NCBI GenBank assembly: GCA_964016885.1
Contig: OZ024745.1
Span: 72,788,001 to 72,852,000, forward strand
Reading direction: 5' to 3'
From: Eledone cirrhosa
Lineage: Eukaryota
DNA: 64,000 nt
The notes beneath the pieces are model-generated. The model was given only the letters and a program-made list of their open reading frames with translations. It ran no database searches and was not told the origin of the DNA. Below, piece by piece: positions 27,611 through 41,580 of the stretch. Each line of letters begins with the position of its first letter. Position 1 is the first letter of the stretch. Made by a program: the position numbers and the translations under genes.

Positions 27611-28199
27611 AATCAATCTGTGGAGAAGAGGGAAATGACACAAAACATTTACCTGTGTGAAGAAGGCAAGTACAAATAAAACTTTTAGCAGAAACAACTT
27701 TGGCTGCCTATCAGCCATACTCTCCTCCTTTGATGGTCACTTGGGCAATGGAACTACCTCAGAAATATTGAAAACCCTGAAACATTCAATGAAAGAAACA
27801 ATAACATTTTAGCATTATTAAGAAATGTACCAAACCATAAATAAAATAAAAGTAAATGTTCATTTTTTAAAACTAGTTTTTCTGCACACATTCCAATTTC
27901 TATAAGGAATTTAATATTTTTCTTTTAATTTGTCAAAGAAAGGGAGATAGTACTGATAAATAATTCATGTCCATTTAAACTGGGGATTAGGTGAGCTCAA
28001 CGATATTAAATATATTTAATTTTCAGTTTGAAGTATTGTATTAATGGGTGTAGACATGTCTTCAAAATCCTGAGGCACTGCATTCAATCCCCTGCATGGT
28101 ATCTTGGGCAAGTGATCAAAGTCTTGTGAGTGAAATTCATTAGACAGAAACTGTTTAGAAATATGTAATATGAACTACACGCAATTCAAAGGTTAGTTT

Positions 28200-28580
28200 T
28201 GTCAGGTGATCTCCGATTTGCACTTGATAGGTTTGATGCCAAGTGCTGGAATGAAAATCAGTGCTGCAAAAACTGAGACACTCGTTCACTCAAGGAATCC
28301 TGTGCAGTGCACTCTTCATGTGAATGGAGTTCCACAGAAGCAGGTAGAGCAGTTCAAGAATATCAAGGCCTCGTTCATGAGAAATGGAAGGCTGGAAGCT
28401 AAATTAAGTGCAAGAATTGCAGGAACTTGTGCAATAATGTGCCAGCTTCAGCATTCAGTAATCAAAAGAAGAAAGTTTGGTGTAAAAGCCAAACTCACTA
28501 TCTTCAATTTGGTATTCATGCCAACCCTTACCTATGGTCATGAATCTTGGGTAGTGACCAACAGAATATGATCGTGAATA
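28200..28580 (+). mobile_element. RTE fragment (same family as 750-3183)
   Basis: GMKISAAKTET...KAKLTIFNLVFMPTLTYGHESW. Confidence 0.8.
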
Positions 28581-28859
28581 CAAATTTATTGCCCTCAAAA
28601 GGATGAAAAGCAAAGCTGACCTCGGCAGGATTTGAACTCAGAGAGCCAGAACAGATACTGCAAAGCATTATATCTGATGTTCTATAGACTCTACCAATTT
28701 GCTGCCTTCCTCAGAAAATAAGAGTTTCTTAATTGGAACAACAATTCTCTCTGACATGGAGCAGGAAAAAAAGAAAATCTTTCAAAATATAAAGACCAAC
28801 AGAAAGAGTAAACAGGCAAAAGAATTAGTTTATTGAAAACGAAGAAATTTACGATTCAT

Positions 28860-29110
28860 CTATGTTTACATATCTAAAATAAAGAACACAAAATGAAGAT
28901 AAAAATGCAAAAAAATTTAAATAGAAAAAGGAAATGGGGGAGGGAGCAATAGACTTTACACCCCAGTCAAGGGAGTATGTCTCAGCAGTGCTCCACAGAT
29001 AGCAAATGCATTGCCGGAGAAAAAAGACAGTGACACCTGCTACATCAGCCACTATACCTCATGGGCTCCTTCCTCAGATGGGATGTGCTCTTCCCGGTTT
29101 TGTAGAGAAA
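28860..29110 (-). mobile_element. CRE-clade 3' fragment
   Basis: Decayed WL..QVSL...GNAFAI motif followed by a T-rich 3' UTR. Confidence 0.5.
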
Positions 29111-29859
29111 AACAGCAGTACAGGGACCAATGATACATGGAGTTTTGACAGCAACCAGCACAAAAAGGAAGACAATATATTGTTTCTTAATATTCCTGTT
29201 GCCCTTAGTATTCTAATGATAGGGATGATAGGAATAGAAAAGACAATGAATACTTTACATGAAAAACTTCGACAAAGTAAATGAATTTGGTGCAATTTTG
29301 ATCACTTTATACTCACTAATTGTGCCAATGCAGATCACCACACCTTTTCTTAACCATACTGTTTACAATAAGATAACATTACTAAGAACTGCACACATGT
29401 AGCAACCTCATCAACTTATGAAATATATTCACACCAAAAACATTAGAAACACACTGAATTTTGGATCATATTATAAAAGAAAATTATATTAGACATTCTT
29501 TAATGGTCAATAAATCATTTGAGCTGAGACAAGCTATATTGACCACATATGATGGGAGGCTTCATTTTCAACATCAAGATTAAATTGACCACAGTGCATT
29601 ACTGGTACTTTATTTTATCAACCCTGTAAAAATGAAAGGCAAAGCAAACCACAGTAGGATTTGAACTCAGAACATAAAGAAACATAACTGCACCAATACT
29701 GCCAATACACTGCCTTTTCAACCTGGAAGGTCATCCAGTTGTATTAACTGAACCACAAACAGTTCTGTATGAGTAAGACACAGTCACCTGACCTGACTTA
29801 TTTTTGAGGTTATTACTATTTATTTACAGTAGTAAATTGATGTTTATAATAGTAAAAAC

Positions 29860-32185
29860 AATTTAATAGAAAAAGAAAAAAATGTTCAGATTGAGAAGAA
29901 AGAATGGAATGTAAAATAAGAAAATATAAAAAATGGAAAAGGAAGGGAAAGGCAAGGGCTCTAGTGTCATGGAAGAAGGGTGATTGGACTCGACACTAAT
30001 GGAGCTGCTCTCCACAGACAAGACTGCAAAAGCATTCTCGCGGAGAATGGCCAACAATACCCGCTGCAACAGCCACCCCACCTAGCGGGGCTCCTTCAGC
30101 AGATGGGCTGCCAATATTCTGATCTTGGGGAGAAGTTCAGCAGTATGCCTGAGGTCTCAAAAGTGACCAGTGCAATGAGCAAGCAGCCGGACAATCCCTG
30201 GTATTTGTTTATCTTTCTTTCCTCTGCATAGTGGACTGTAGTACCAGGGTTTGTGGCCAAAGCAACTAAATTGGAGGTTGAGAACAGGTCACAACATGTG
30301 GCCTCCCAGATGAGGAATTTACCTCCTTCAAATGGGAAGAGGCCAATTCGATCAGGCCGCTTGCCGTCTCCGCGATCAAGGCCTGCTGGCTCCAGTTGTA
30401 ATGGGAAGCCAGATACATCCAGGCTCCTTCTCAATATGTGTCATTGAGAGTGGCATGTTGGGGGAACTGGCCTGCGTTCTGACTGCAAGACTGGATGCAG
30501 ACCGAACTTGACAACGACCACCCCAGAACGGCAGAACCAAAGAAGGCTGAGGCATTGGGCCACTCCGATGTGAATGCACTCGTCATTAAGAAGGGTACCA
30601 GTTGATTAAGAAGGGTACCAGTTGATTAAGAGGGCACCAAATTCAGCTACACGCCACTGGTTGGCTGTAAAGAAGAGCAAAGGCAGGCAAGGTGGTGCTG
30701 GTCTAAACCAGACTCGATCCGCCTGAAAGAAGACCTGCATTTGATGTCGTCCCAGTTACATTAGACATTTGTATACTGGGGGACAAGAGAAGCCTTTACC
30801 TGTCCAGTCGACCAGAGCCTGTTCAAGCTCTGGAACAAAATCAGGTTTGGCCGCCTGGCTGAGAACCTCAATGAGAGCGTGACTGAAGGAGATTGAGGAA
30901 AGGTAGACAGGTAGAGCCAGCTCCGAAGCTGACTGGAGGCCAAGACAACCAAACCTCACTAAGACCTTCACCTGTTGCCAGCCGGCGCTGTTGACCTTGC
31001 AGATGAGTTTTACACAGCGTCAGATGGTGGCATTGAGTTCACCAAGGAGATCTGGGGGTGACAGGTGCAATGCACAGCATGAACCAAAATTTGGGTAAGG
31101 TGGAGCAGTGCCTCAAGAAGAAGAGTGCCGGGTGAGCATGAATGAGACATAGCCTGTCTACCATTCAGAACAAATCTGCATGCTTGGTCTTCAGGCATTC
31201 TCTTATGGCTTTTGAGTAATTGGAGAGTCAAGAATGCATGTAGCATCTTTGTGTGTTAGACGAGTTCCGGACAGGATGGGTGCTGAGTGGGACATTGCCG
31301 AATTTGGGCTCTCCGTAGCTGATGTTTGTCACCTCAGACATGGATGGGTTGATCTCAAGTCCGAGGAGCTTTAGAGCTGAGATGATTTGACGAAAGTTCT
31401 CAACCACTGTCTCACTGTCTCACCCAGGCCACCCAGCAACGGGTCGACCAGGTACCAAATGTTAAGGGGCAACCAGACCGAGCGGGCAACATCATCAACT
31501 TCCAGTTCAAAGAGGAGTAAGCCAAGTGGGTATCCCTGCTGGACACCCGTGGCAGAAGTAACCCTGTTGTCAGCGGCCTTGTGTGAGCTGGGTCTTCTGT
31601 ACGTGAGGAGAATGAGGGGGTAAATGGAGGGGGCTCATCTGAGACACGTCTCTAGTATGTGATCCCGTCTAACTCTGTTGAAGCCGTTTGTTATGTCTAG
31701 CTTCACAAGGAGATGGGGCGATGAAAGAGGCACATGCTCTATGAAATGTCTGGCCGTATGAGCTGTGGCCTCACATCTACACTTGATTCCCAATCCAAGC
31801 TGAACAGGGCTTAGCACCTCACTCAGGTCACCTTTGACTTGCAAGCTATCTTGGCTGCAAGTCATTGGAAAACATTGCCCACCATGTCAGGGTGGACACC
31901 TCCATGAATCTTCCTCAGGGTGGTCAGACTGGCTGAGAAGAAAAGATTGTGGCAAATGTTGGCTAATTTGACCTGGAGGAGACAGTTGCTGAAGGCTGTT
32001 AATGACTGGAGCAATCCTGTCCCTGCTTCTGCAGCATGAGACGAGACAAGGTCTCTCAGGTGACCAGGGTGCAAGCTGTCCACTCCACCACTGCTGCTAC
32101 GTGGGAAAGATCTCAGGGCAGCTACTGCATGTCACTGGATGCAGCTAGAGAAAAAAAAATGTTAGCCGGGTCTGGAATATCCTTG
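29860..32185 (-). mobile_element. Decayed CRE-clade non-LTR retrotransposon (RT + restriction-like endonuclease)
   Basis: QLGLG..CEATAH, KLDITNGFN, GVQQGYPLG, LEPAGLDRGDGKRPD, EERKINKY, WLLQRV motifs across frameshifts. Confidence 0.85.
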
Positions 32186-33772
32186 ATGTCAGCTGTGTGG
32201 TTTTTTTTTTTTTTTGTCGTGACACCTACATGATCTCATTAGTTTGGACTGGATGTTGTGGTACAAAAATAACTTTATAGAGAAAGAGTGGTGTTGGCGG
32301 GAGTGAGGGGATGGAGTAGGGGTAATGGGTTGGGGTGTGTTTGGTTTGGAGGAGCCTACTGACTGTAGGTTAACTTTGCATGTAGGGAGTGCGGGTCTTC
32401 TGTAATACTGCGTGGCGCCAAAGATCTCGATCCAGTGACATTGTCTTAGAGAGGTACAAGTGTGTAAGGTCAGACTTTATCAAGTCGTCCCAGGTTTTTC
32501 TGAGTCTACTTACTCCGTAACTTCCATAAATTTTGATCGCTCTGCTCCTTTTTATACAGCTGTCGTCTTTCATGCGCATCACGTGACCGTACCAACGTAG
32601 TCTTCTCACGAGTAAACACCATCTGATCCCTCTTATTCCTAATTTCTCACTTAGTTCATATATATTTTGCCATTCGTGTATATTACTATTACACATCCAA
32701 TGGATCATGCATGCTTCGTTCCTTTCCAGTCTGTGCAGGTCCTCTGCACACAATGCCCACATCTCACTGCCATGCAGCATTGCTGTTCGTATACAAGCAT
32801 CATACAATCTGCTTTTCATTTTCAGAGAGAAACCTTTTGTGGCCAACAGCGGTATAAGCTCTCTGAACATTTTCCATCCCGTTCTAACTCTGGCTACTGT
32901 ACTTTCAGAACACTCACAACCACTGCTGATTTTGTCACCCAGGTAACGGAAAGTGTCCACTATTTCTATGGAACCATCTGGGCAGTAGAAGGAGCTAGTA
33001 TCCTGTGGGAACTTGCTGCTTATTGCACCTGAGCATCGGCCGCATATAAAATCTACGTTCTTAGATAGCTTGCCTATGATCCCACTATATTTTTTATGTA
33101 CCCATAGAATGAAATTTCTACCTACTCTTTTCCTACATACTGAGCATAGCCATTTCCCAGACGGCACCTGTGCCCTATTTTCCTTTCTACATACTAGAAC
33201 TTTAGTCTTAGACAAGTTAACGTTAAGGCCTTTTGATTCTAGGCCATGCTTCCATGTTTGGAATTTATTCTCTAGTTCAGCCATAGATTCAGCTATGAGC
33301 GTTAGATCATCTGCAGTGTTAGTTCCCATGGGCAGCCAGTCTTATACTCCTCTGTATGAAGGGCAATAATAAACAGGAGGGGGGGGGAGCTAAGGACTGA
33401 GCCTTGATGAACCCCTGCTATTACGCTAAATTCATCACTATATTCATTATTAATTCTAACCTTGTTGACTATTCCTCTATACATGGCTTGTATAGCTCTC
33501 ACAAGCCATTCTTCCACGCCTAGTTTTCTAAGAGCCCACCAGATTAACGTACGTGGGACTTTGTCAAAATCCTTCTCCAGGTCAACAAAGCTAAGTAGAG
33601 GTGTTTACTGTTAGCTAGGCACTTCTCCTGTAATTGCCGTACAAGGAAAAGAGCATCCGTGGTACTTTCACCTGGCACAAACCCAAACTGCATTTCATCT
33701 AGATCAATTTGGTCTCTAATCAGTTGAGTAATAACTCTTTCTGTGACCAGACCACTCATGACCTGCTGGGTC
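32186..33772 (-). mobile_element. Decayed RTE LINE (RT to 3' UTR)
   Basis: Strong similarity to 9738-11375, including a partial PHD insert. Confidence 0.9.
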
Positions 33773-33872
33773 ACGTTGCCTTGAAGTTATTTTTTTAAAT
33801 TATGTTCACTTAAAAATAACTTTTAAATAATTAAAATATACACAGATATGTATATGATGTAAAATGAAATTG

Positions 33873-35626
33873 GTCCAACAAAACTGGCAATCTATAACAA
33901 GTGGAGCGCAGTACTTACACCCAACTACTACATAATGCTGTAACTAAGGATTACCGGAAAACTAATCGGAGTGTCATTAATGACATCAACGATGCTGGGT
34001 TTAAAATCACCTCTGAACTCAACATCCAAGACTGAACTGTACCTCTGGACCCTATTTCTCCCCACTTTACCCTGAAGGATCACAAACCCAATTTCTCCAA
34101 CAACCGCTCTATTCGGCTTATTAACCCTACGAAGTCCGATTTAGGTAGACTTAGTAAAAGGATTTTAGATGGAATTATACCTGAAATTAGAAGCTTGGCC
34201 CCTCTTGCACTGTGGTATAATTCTTTCGCAGTGATTGATTGATTCAATGGCATGTGCAACAAGGAACATTGCCGCTTTATCCAATTCGACACCAATAATT
34301 AATACTCCTCCATCACTTTACCACTTCTTCTTAGAGCTATCAATTTCGCTAAATCGCTCACGGTGGTTAAGGATTTCAAAGTTGATGTTATCCTCAATGC
34401 CCGTAAGTTGGTGATTAATTTTGATGACTCTATTTGGATTGAAAAATCATCTAATAGTACCCCATTCGACGTGTGTATAGGGGCCAGCAATTTCGCGGAG
34501 GTTACTGATCTTATTGGCATTTTCCACGCACTTACGACAGGTTCAGAAAATTACTCACAGCCTTCTTTAAAGGCTTCAACCTTTCCATACAGGTTGAGGC
34601 CAACCTCTCGGTCATTAATTACCTCGACGTTACCCTCAATTTGTCAAATGGCTTGCACTACCCGTATAGAAAGCCGAATGATATGCTTAATTACATAAGT
34701 AAGCATTCTAACCATCCTGCCAGTCTAACCAAGAAACTGGTAACAAACGTTTCTTTGAGGCTTTTCCGTCTATCTACAAACGAGCATATTTTCACCGACC
34801 ATTCCACATATTACAATGAAGCTCTTGCTCAGAGTGGATTTATCGATAAGGCGGCATATACTAAGTATGAGCATAGGCCAAGGAAAAATAGATCCCGACG
34901 CATTATAACCCACCATATAATATGGAGGTGGCCACACCATTAGCTAAGATCTTTCTCTCCCTTATTATGAAGCATTTCCCCTTAGCACATAAATATAATA
35001 ACATTTTAAATAGAAATACCATTAAAATATCTACGACTCCTAACCTTGCTCATAACACCACTGCTTCAAATTTAGCTAAATTACCTAGCCGTAGGAACAC
35101 GTGCAACCCTGTAGCTAGCACAAACTGTAATTGTAGGAATCAGGCTGACTGCCCTCTATCCGGGAAATGCCTCTCCAGTAACATTGTAGACAAATGTAAG
35201 GTCGAAACACCCACGTCCCGTAGGGCCTACATAGGGTTAACCGCCAATAGATTCAAGCAGTGTCTTTACATGCACACCCATTCTTTTCTAACCCTTTAAG
35301 AAGGAATATGACGTCACTTTCAACTTATATAAGGAGTCTAAAAGACAACCACACCCAATATAGGTTACCCTGGGACATCCTAGCTAGGGCTAGATCGTAT
35401 AACGGAAATAAAAGACCTTGTGATCTTTGCGCCTTTGAAGCCCTGGAAATACTCTATGCCAATGATCACATCTTAAACAAAAGATCTGAGGCAATTTCGG
35501 CTTGTAAACATAAATTGCATAAAACTTTCCTGTATTACAGCCCCACATTATACCCTAATAGATCGTACAAACAATACGCGGATAATTTACGTCTTGAAGT
35601 GGTAGCTAAGTATATTTTATGTTTAT
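33873..35626 (+). mobile_element. Second Naiad-type Penelope-like element (decayed)
   Basis: NKTGNL...TLKDHKPNF..RLINPTKSD, RT core, CNCR..CPLSGKC, GIY-YIG, CDLC..LNKRSE; close paralogue of 22230-23760. Confidence 0.9.
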
Positions 35627-35644
35627 GAGCATTCCATAGACACG

Positions 35645-38600
35645 TGTAACACATATACACACACATAGATACACATACATAGATATATAGTGAGCAAAGG
35701 CACTACTTACTGCGGCGGAACAATTGGGTTGCACTTGGTAAATCGCCGGACCTCTAAATCGGCGGCGTAGAAATACCGAAAAACAACTTCCGCTCAACTA
35801 AAAAATTTGCGCCTTTTTTTTAACTTCAAAAACAGTTGCAGCTTCTACTTCAGACAAGCAAGACGTTATGCAAATCCCTTTTTTGGAGCAACTGGCAAGA
35901 TGAAACATTTACCAGAGGACTTTGGCCCTCTCGGCAGGGACCCAGCAACCACTTACCAAGATATATGCCACAACTGCGTCTAGCATTTTATTGTAATATT
36001 TTAAGAAAAAAATAAATCCTTTGATAATCAACCACAACGGCGTTTTCCTTCCTTATCCGTCTACATGGACTACCAACCTTACACACGCAGCCTTAACACA
36101 TCATCTCATTCGGATCATATCTACACAATTTGAAATACGGTGATCAACCAAAAATATTATTCTAAATATCTTCATCTGTTAAAATGGTGACCTACCCGAC
36201 GTGGGAATATTTCTGTGCGAAATTTTCCTTGAAGAAAAAATTTTTTAGCAGCAGTTTGAAATTACTACTCCTGGGGATATTTTTAAAATGACTACCAACG
36301 GCGACTACAACAGCAACATTAACAACAACGAAAGCAAGGGCAGCGGTTATAATTATACCACTGCCAACAACAACTTTAATAACATTTCACGCACATGGTA
36401 CGATATTCTGAAGGTAATTTTTTACACTCAACTCCATTGGTGGAAATATAAAACATGGTTTGATTTTGTTCGGTTTAAAACTAAGAAAAAAACATTTTTT
36501 TCTTTTTCTCTTCGAATGGAGAATTCAATAAGTAGCTAAGGATAAATATTTCTTTTTGCCTGAAGGATATTGTTCGCCAGTCTTATTTCATACGGACCGC
36601 ACCTCTCTGTAATTATGAACCACTCGCCTTTACCAGCGTTCAATGGTGATGTACGAGTTTGGTTCGCACAAATTGAGTCCTACTTCAAGGCAAGCTATAT
36701 CGATTCGGAGCGCCATTCCTGCATCCTTGTCGCTCACGCTGAAAGATTTAATTACGGATACACCTCCTTGCGCCTCGTATGCATCGTTAAAGACTGAAAT
36801 TCTCCGTAGGACATCTCTTTCGGTGAAAAAGCGGTTTCACACACAAGTTCATCACGAACATTTGGGCGACAGGACGCCGACCCAGCTCCTGCGTAGGATG
36901 AAGGAGCTTGCTGAAGGCTCTTCCGAGGACAATTCCATGCTAAAGCAACTGTTCTTCTCGCGTTAACCTTGGAGTGTGCAGGTCATTCTGGCTCCTATGA
37001 TGGAGGTCAGCAGTGTTGACCAGTTGGCTTCTTCGGCTGATAAAATCCTCGAATAATCAGAGAGCAAAGGTACCGAAGGGTTTGCCGCTGTTTCTTTCTC
37101 TCCTGCTACAGTGGCAACTGCTACTTCCGACGTTGATTCAATAATGTCACAGGCCATCCTGGAGTTGACTCGTGAGGTAAAGGAAATGCGGGCTTCTCTT
37201 GATTCTCGCCAGAGCCGACGGCGATCGTCAAGGCGCCCCTCCTCACCTGGACGCCGTTCTTTTTCTCCTGCTTCTTCATCTATGTGCTGGTACCACGAAC
37301 GTTTCGCAGAGAGAGCTCGCAGATGCATTAAACCCTGTTCTTATGTCAATCCGGGAAACGCAAGCATGGGACGCTGAGCGCGACAGCTGTCCATAGTACA
37401 CATCTTCCTAACCGTGCATTTTTCGTGGACGATTTTTCTATCGCGTAAGCTCTTTCTGGTGAATTCTGGCGCTTCTTGCAGTATTTGGCCTGCGAAATTC
37501 CTCAAGGACACTCTTCCTTCAGAGATCACCCTGCAGGCGGTGAATTATTCGCCTATCAAAACTTTTGGTCAGATCTCGCTTTCTTTGGATCTAAACTTAC
37601 GCCGCGGCGACTTTAAATGGATATTCGTTATAGCTGCCCTGGCATATTAAATCCTGAAAGCAGATGTTCTCCACCACTACTCGCTTTTGGTGGACATTCG
37701 TAAACAACGCCTCCTAGATAATACTACCAACTTTTCAATTCGTGGCAAGAATTCCAGTGCTCCATCAGTTAGCTCGATATTTTTCATCGCTGCTACAGGA
37801 AAAGAATATCATAAACTTTTGAACTCTTTTCCGGCGCTTACTAACTTAAATTTCCAAGTGGATAGTTCTGCTCACTCTATAAACCATTTATCTCTACGAA
37901 CGGGCCACCAGTATTTTCTCGAACTCGTCGTTTACCTCCAGACAGATCAAAGGCTGAGTTTGATCACATGCTCCAACTGGGAATTATTGGTACATCTCCG
38001 CTGCATATGGTTCCCAAGGGCTCTGGAGATTGGAGACTCACGGGCGATTTTAGAGGACTAAATGCCATTACTGTTCCTGATAGACATCCTATTCCTCATC
38101 ACCAGGATTTTTCGTCTTCGTTACAAGGAAGCACAATAGTTTCTAAGCTCAAACTTGTACGAGCTTACCAGTTAACCCTGAGGATATTCCGAAAACAGCA
38201 ATAACATCACCCTTCGGCTCTTTTGAGTTTTTGACAATGCCATTTGACCTCAGAAATGCCGCTAGCACTTTTCAACGATATATAGACGGGGTCATTTGTG
38301 GTTTGGACTTTGTCTATGCTTATATCGACGATCTCTGATTGCCAGTTCTTCTGCTGTTGAACATATTCACCATTTAAAACTACTCTTCCAGCGCCTTTAG
38401 GATTACCGTGTATGTATTAACCCTGCGAAGTGTGTTTTCGGCGCTGCTTCACTTGTCTTTTTGGGCCACATTATCAATTCAGAGGGAATGTCACCACTTC
38501 CTGATAAAGTGAAGGCTCTTCAAGAACTCCCTCCGCCTACTTCCTTGCAACAGCTGTGGCAGTTCCTTGGTCTCTTGAATTACTACCGCCGATTTATTCT

Positions 38601-39320
38601 GCATTGTGCAGAACTCTTGTTTCCACTGTCTAATCTGTTACGCGGCAGAAAATAGAAGAATGAACCTATTTCTTTGGGTCCAATGCAACTTGAGGCATTC
38701 TCTAAAGTCAAACTTGAATTAGCTAACGTATCTCTTCTTGCACACCCTGTGTATGGTGCCCAGCTTTCGTTGATGAATCGAACACAGCTCTAGTTGCAGT
38801 TTTGCAGCAGCATCACCATCAACATCTACAACCTCTTGCTTTCTTTTCAAAGCGGCTAAAGCCCACCGAAACCCACTATAGCACTTTCGGCCACGAACTT
38901 TTAGCTATTTTCTTGGCTGCCAAACATTTTCGACATTTACTGGAAGTCCAACAATTTATGATCCTTACCGACCATCGTCCGCTTACGTTCATATTTCGTT
39001 CCAAGCCGGATAAATACTTGCCTCGGGAAACTCGTCATTTGTACTTCATTTCCCAGTTTACGAATGACATTCGCCATATCCCTAGTAAACAAAATAAAGC
39101 GGTGGATGCCCTATCTCGCCTGCACATCAATTCCTTGTCCGCACCTACGAATATTGACTTGCTATCCTCTCTACAGTCTGGCACACCCCGGAATTTCAAC
39201 CACAGTGAAACTCATTTCGGCTAGATTCTTCTGGCCGAATATGAAACGTGATATCACTGCTTGGTTACATTCCTGTTTGTCTTATCAGAAGTCGAAGGTG
39301 CATAAGCATATTCGTGATAA
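35645..39320 (+). mobile_element. Gypsy LTR retrotransposon, CsRN1-like, decayed and 3' truncated
   Basis: Probable LTR 35645-36183 (TGTAAC...GTTAAA); gag WFAQIE, LGDRTP, CWYH..F...A..C..PC; protease FLVNSGA; RT YIDD; RNase H; integrase HPG...FWP..C. Confidence 0.9.
36185..36203 (+). promoter_or_regulatory. Primer-binding site complementary to tRNA-Trp
   Basis: TGGTGACC(TA)CCCGACGTG versus the expected TGGTGACCCCGACGTG, with a small insertion, immediately after the LTR. Confidence 0.75.
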
Positions 39321-39470
39321 TAAAAGTGTAAATAGGTTTGGGCGAGATTAAAATCCAGGTAGCACTTATGCTTTGAGATAGCGTGCAGATAGTACAATCT
39401 TAGTTCATTTAGAATGTACAACATCAGGACAAGTAGTCGGTGTTGACACACTGAGGAAGTAATATTATCT

Positions 39471-39655
39471 GGTAGATTGGCAGTATCGGTAGAGGGTCGG
39501 ACGCCATGCTTTCCAGCATAGTTACGTCCCTTTACGATCTGAGTTCAAATCCCGCCGAGGTTGACTTTGCCTTTCATCCTTACGGGGTCGATAAAATAAA
39601 GTACCAGTAATACACTGGGTAATTGCTGGCCTTGTGCCTAAAGTAGAAACAATTA
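39471..39655 (+). mobile_element. tRNA-derived SINE (family 1)
   Basis: Full head with A/B boxes, body and tail. Confidence 0.92.
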
Positions 39656-40104
39656 TCTATACACATCACGTGAAAAACAGTTTCATACTAGTTATTTGTT
39701 TCTCTAAGCCAAAACATTATATCAATTTTTACGTAATGTCATTATTTAACCTCAGGTCAGCCCTGATAGACAGGCTTATGGTCTAAGGCATTCCAACCGT
39801 AACTATCCTATCTCATCAGCCAATGTGACCTTTAAAAGCGTTTGGTCTATGAATAGCGCACGCTTATCAGGGCTGCATAAAAGTGAAACAAATATTGTGA
39901 CTTAAGAAATACTAACGACATCCAATTCACCTTTCTTCTATTTAGACCAGCACCATTACTTTTACAGGTTACTTTATATAACAAATTAATAAATATTGGA
40001 AAGGGGAGAGAGAAAAGGTAGGAAACGAAAAAAAAATTAAATAATTCAAATTCCATAAATTTAACAGTTAATTAATTTGGATATAATAGGTATTGGAGAA
40101 AGAC

Positions 40105-41130
40105 ACTATGTCCTAAAGAGTGGGATTGGCTTGCACGCATTGACTCTCACTTAAAAACCACCGAACACAGGCGGGAAGTTATTGTTTAAAAGTCCCACAG
40201 CGATGAAGAAAGGGAAAACCAACAGGTACTAGATGGACTGGAAGTTGCGCTCTCAACTCTGCATGTAGACGGCTCAGATGTTTGGATCGGTTGCCTGCTG
40301 AACGAAACAATGTCAGCATTCGGCAGCACTCTGGGCGACCAAGCAGCTCGCTAATGGGACAGCACTGCTAGCTCAGCAAGGAGACGGACCTAGAAAGGTG
40401 GTCTAAAAAAGCTTGTCTCATCCTCACCTGGTTCGCTCACCATGGCAAATGGGCATCTCATCACAGTGGCAGAAACAAGTAGAAAATTACAAAAACGCTG
40501 CCTTCATTGACCTGAAGATGGCATTTTATACAGTCAGTAGGGATGGACTGTGGAAGATCCTCAACAGACTTGGATGTCTACCAAAATTCCTGACCATGCT
40601 CCAGCGACTCCACACAAGACAGCAGGGACAAGCAAAGCACAATGGTGATCTCTCATCGAGAATTACTTGAAATATGGCTGTGTCCTTGCCCCAACCCTAT
40701 TTGCAATCTTCTTCAGTATGATGCTCCACGAAGCAAAGAAAGATCCGTGGGAGGACATTTACATCCGGTTATGTACTGATGGGGCTGTGTTCAACTTGCG
40801 ACGACTGCTCAACCAGGAGTTGATCCTGGGTTTGCTATTCGCAGACGACTGTGTCCTTCTGGCGCACAAGGAGGAAGATCTCCAAGTAGTTGTCAGCTGC
40901 TTTGCTCGGGCAGCCTGACCATCAACCTCAAGAAAACTAAAGTCATATCCCAGAGGCTTTCAAATGAAGAGTACCACCCTCAACATATTAACATCGATGG
41001 TGACCCCTTCAGTGCAGTGGAGCACTTTACATGCTTGGGAATCGTCAATACCAACGACGCTATCTCAGGAAAGGACATTGACAACTGCACTGAAGAGGAC
41101 AACAATTCTTCCCACTGATCTTTGCAAACG
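40105..41130 (+). mobile_element. Internally deleted BovB-like RTE
   Basis: AFIDLKMAF.TVSRDGLWKIL, GCVLAPTLF, LLFADDC motifs preceded by a GC-richer putative 5' UTR. Confidence 0.75.
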
Positions 41131-41461
41131 AAGAGCTCGGCATTCATTTCGTGTTCGTCTAAATACTTGATTTTTGTTGAATATAATAATAGTACTAATG
41201 AATTATTCCGAAGAAAAGTATCTTTTATTTATACTTTTAACACAATGTTCCGCTTTTTTTAAATATCTATAATATAGTGTTTCTTATAAACTCTTATCAG
41301 TCGACAACGGAGTTATTTCAAACTGTATTTATTTTAATACAAAGCAATACACAGTTAAATTTAGTTAGAAAGTATATTTCATAGATTTATGACATTCTTA
41401 AATATTTTAAGTGTTAATTTATTAATAAGGAAATCATACGGAATAATAAAGTCAGACTCAC

Positions 41462-41580
41462 CTGTATATAGTATATATCTAATCAGCAACTTCAATGCAG
41501 CTACACGACTGCAAGTACCAGAATGGGTCACATTAAACAAATCGTCTCATTGCTCCTTGTATGACCGGAAGAGACGGTGA
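41462..41580 (-). other. Candidate non-coding first exon / promoter of the FN3 gene
   Basis: Perfect CAG|GTGAGT donor at 41456-41464, non-repetitive CpG-containing sequence, ETS-type CCGGAAG at 41565-41571; no long ATG-initiated ORF. Confidence 0.35.

Noticed and set aside
34235-34250. In-frame TGA in the Naiad ORF as possible selenocysteine recoding
   Set aside because: It aligns to Trp (VIDWF) in the sister copy and the element has many other lesions; ordinary decay.
39471-39560. tRNA gene
   Set aside because: A/B boxes are present, but spacing, body and multi-copy tail identify it as a SINE head; no cloverleaf.
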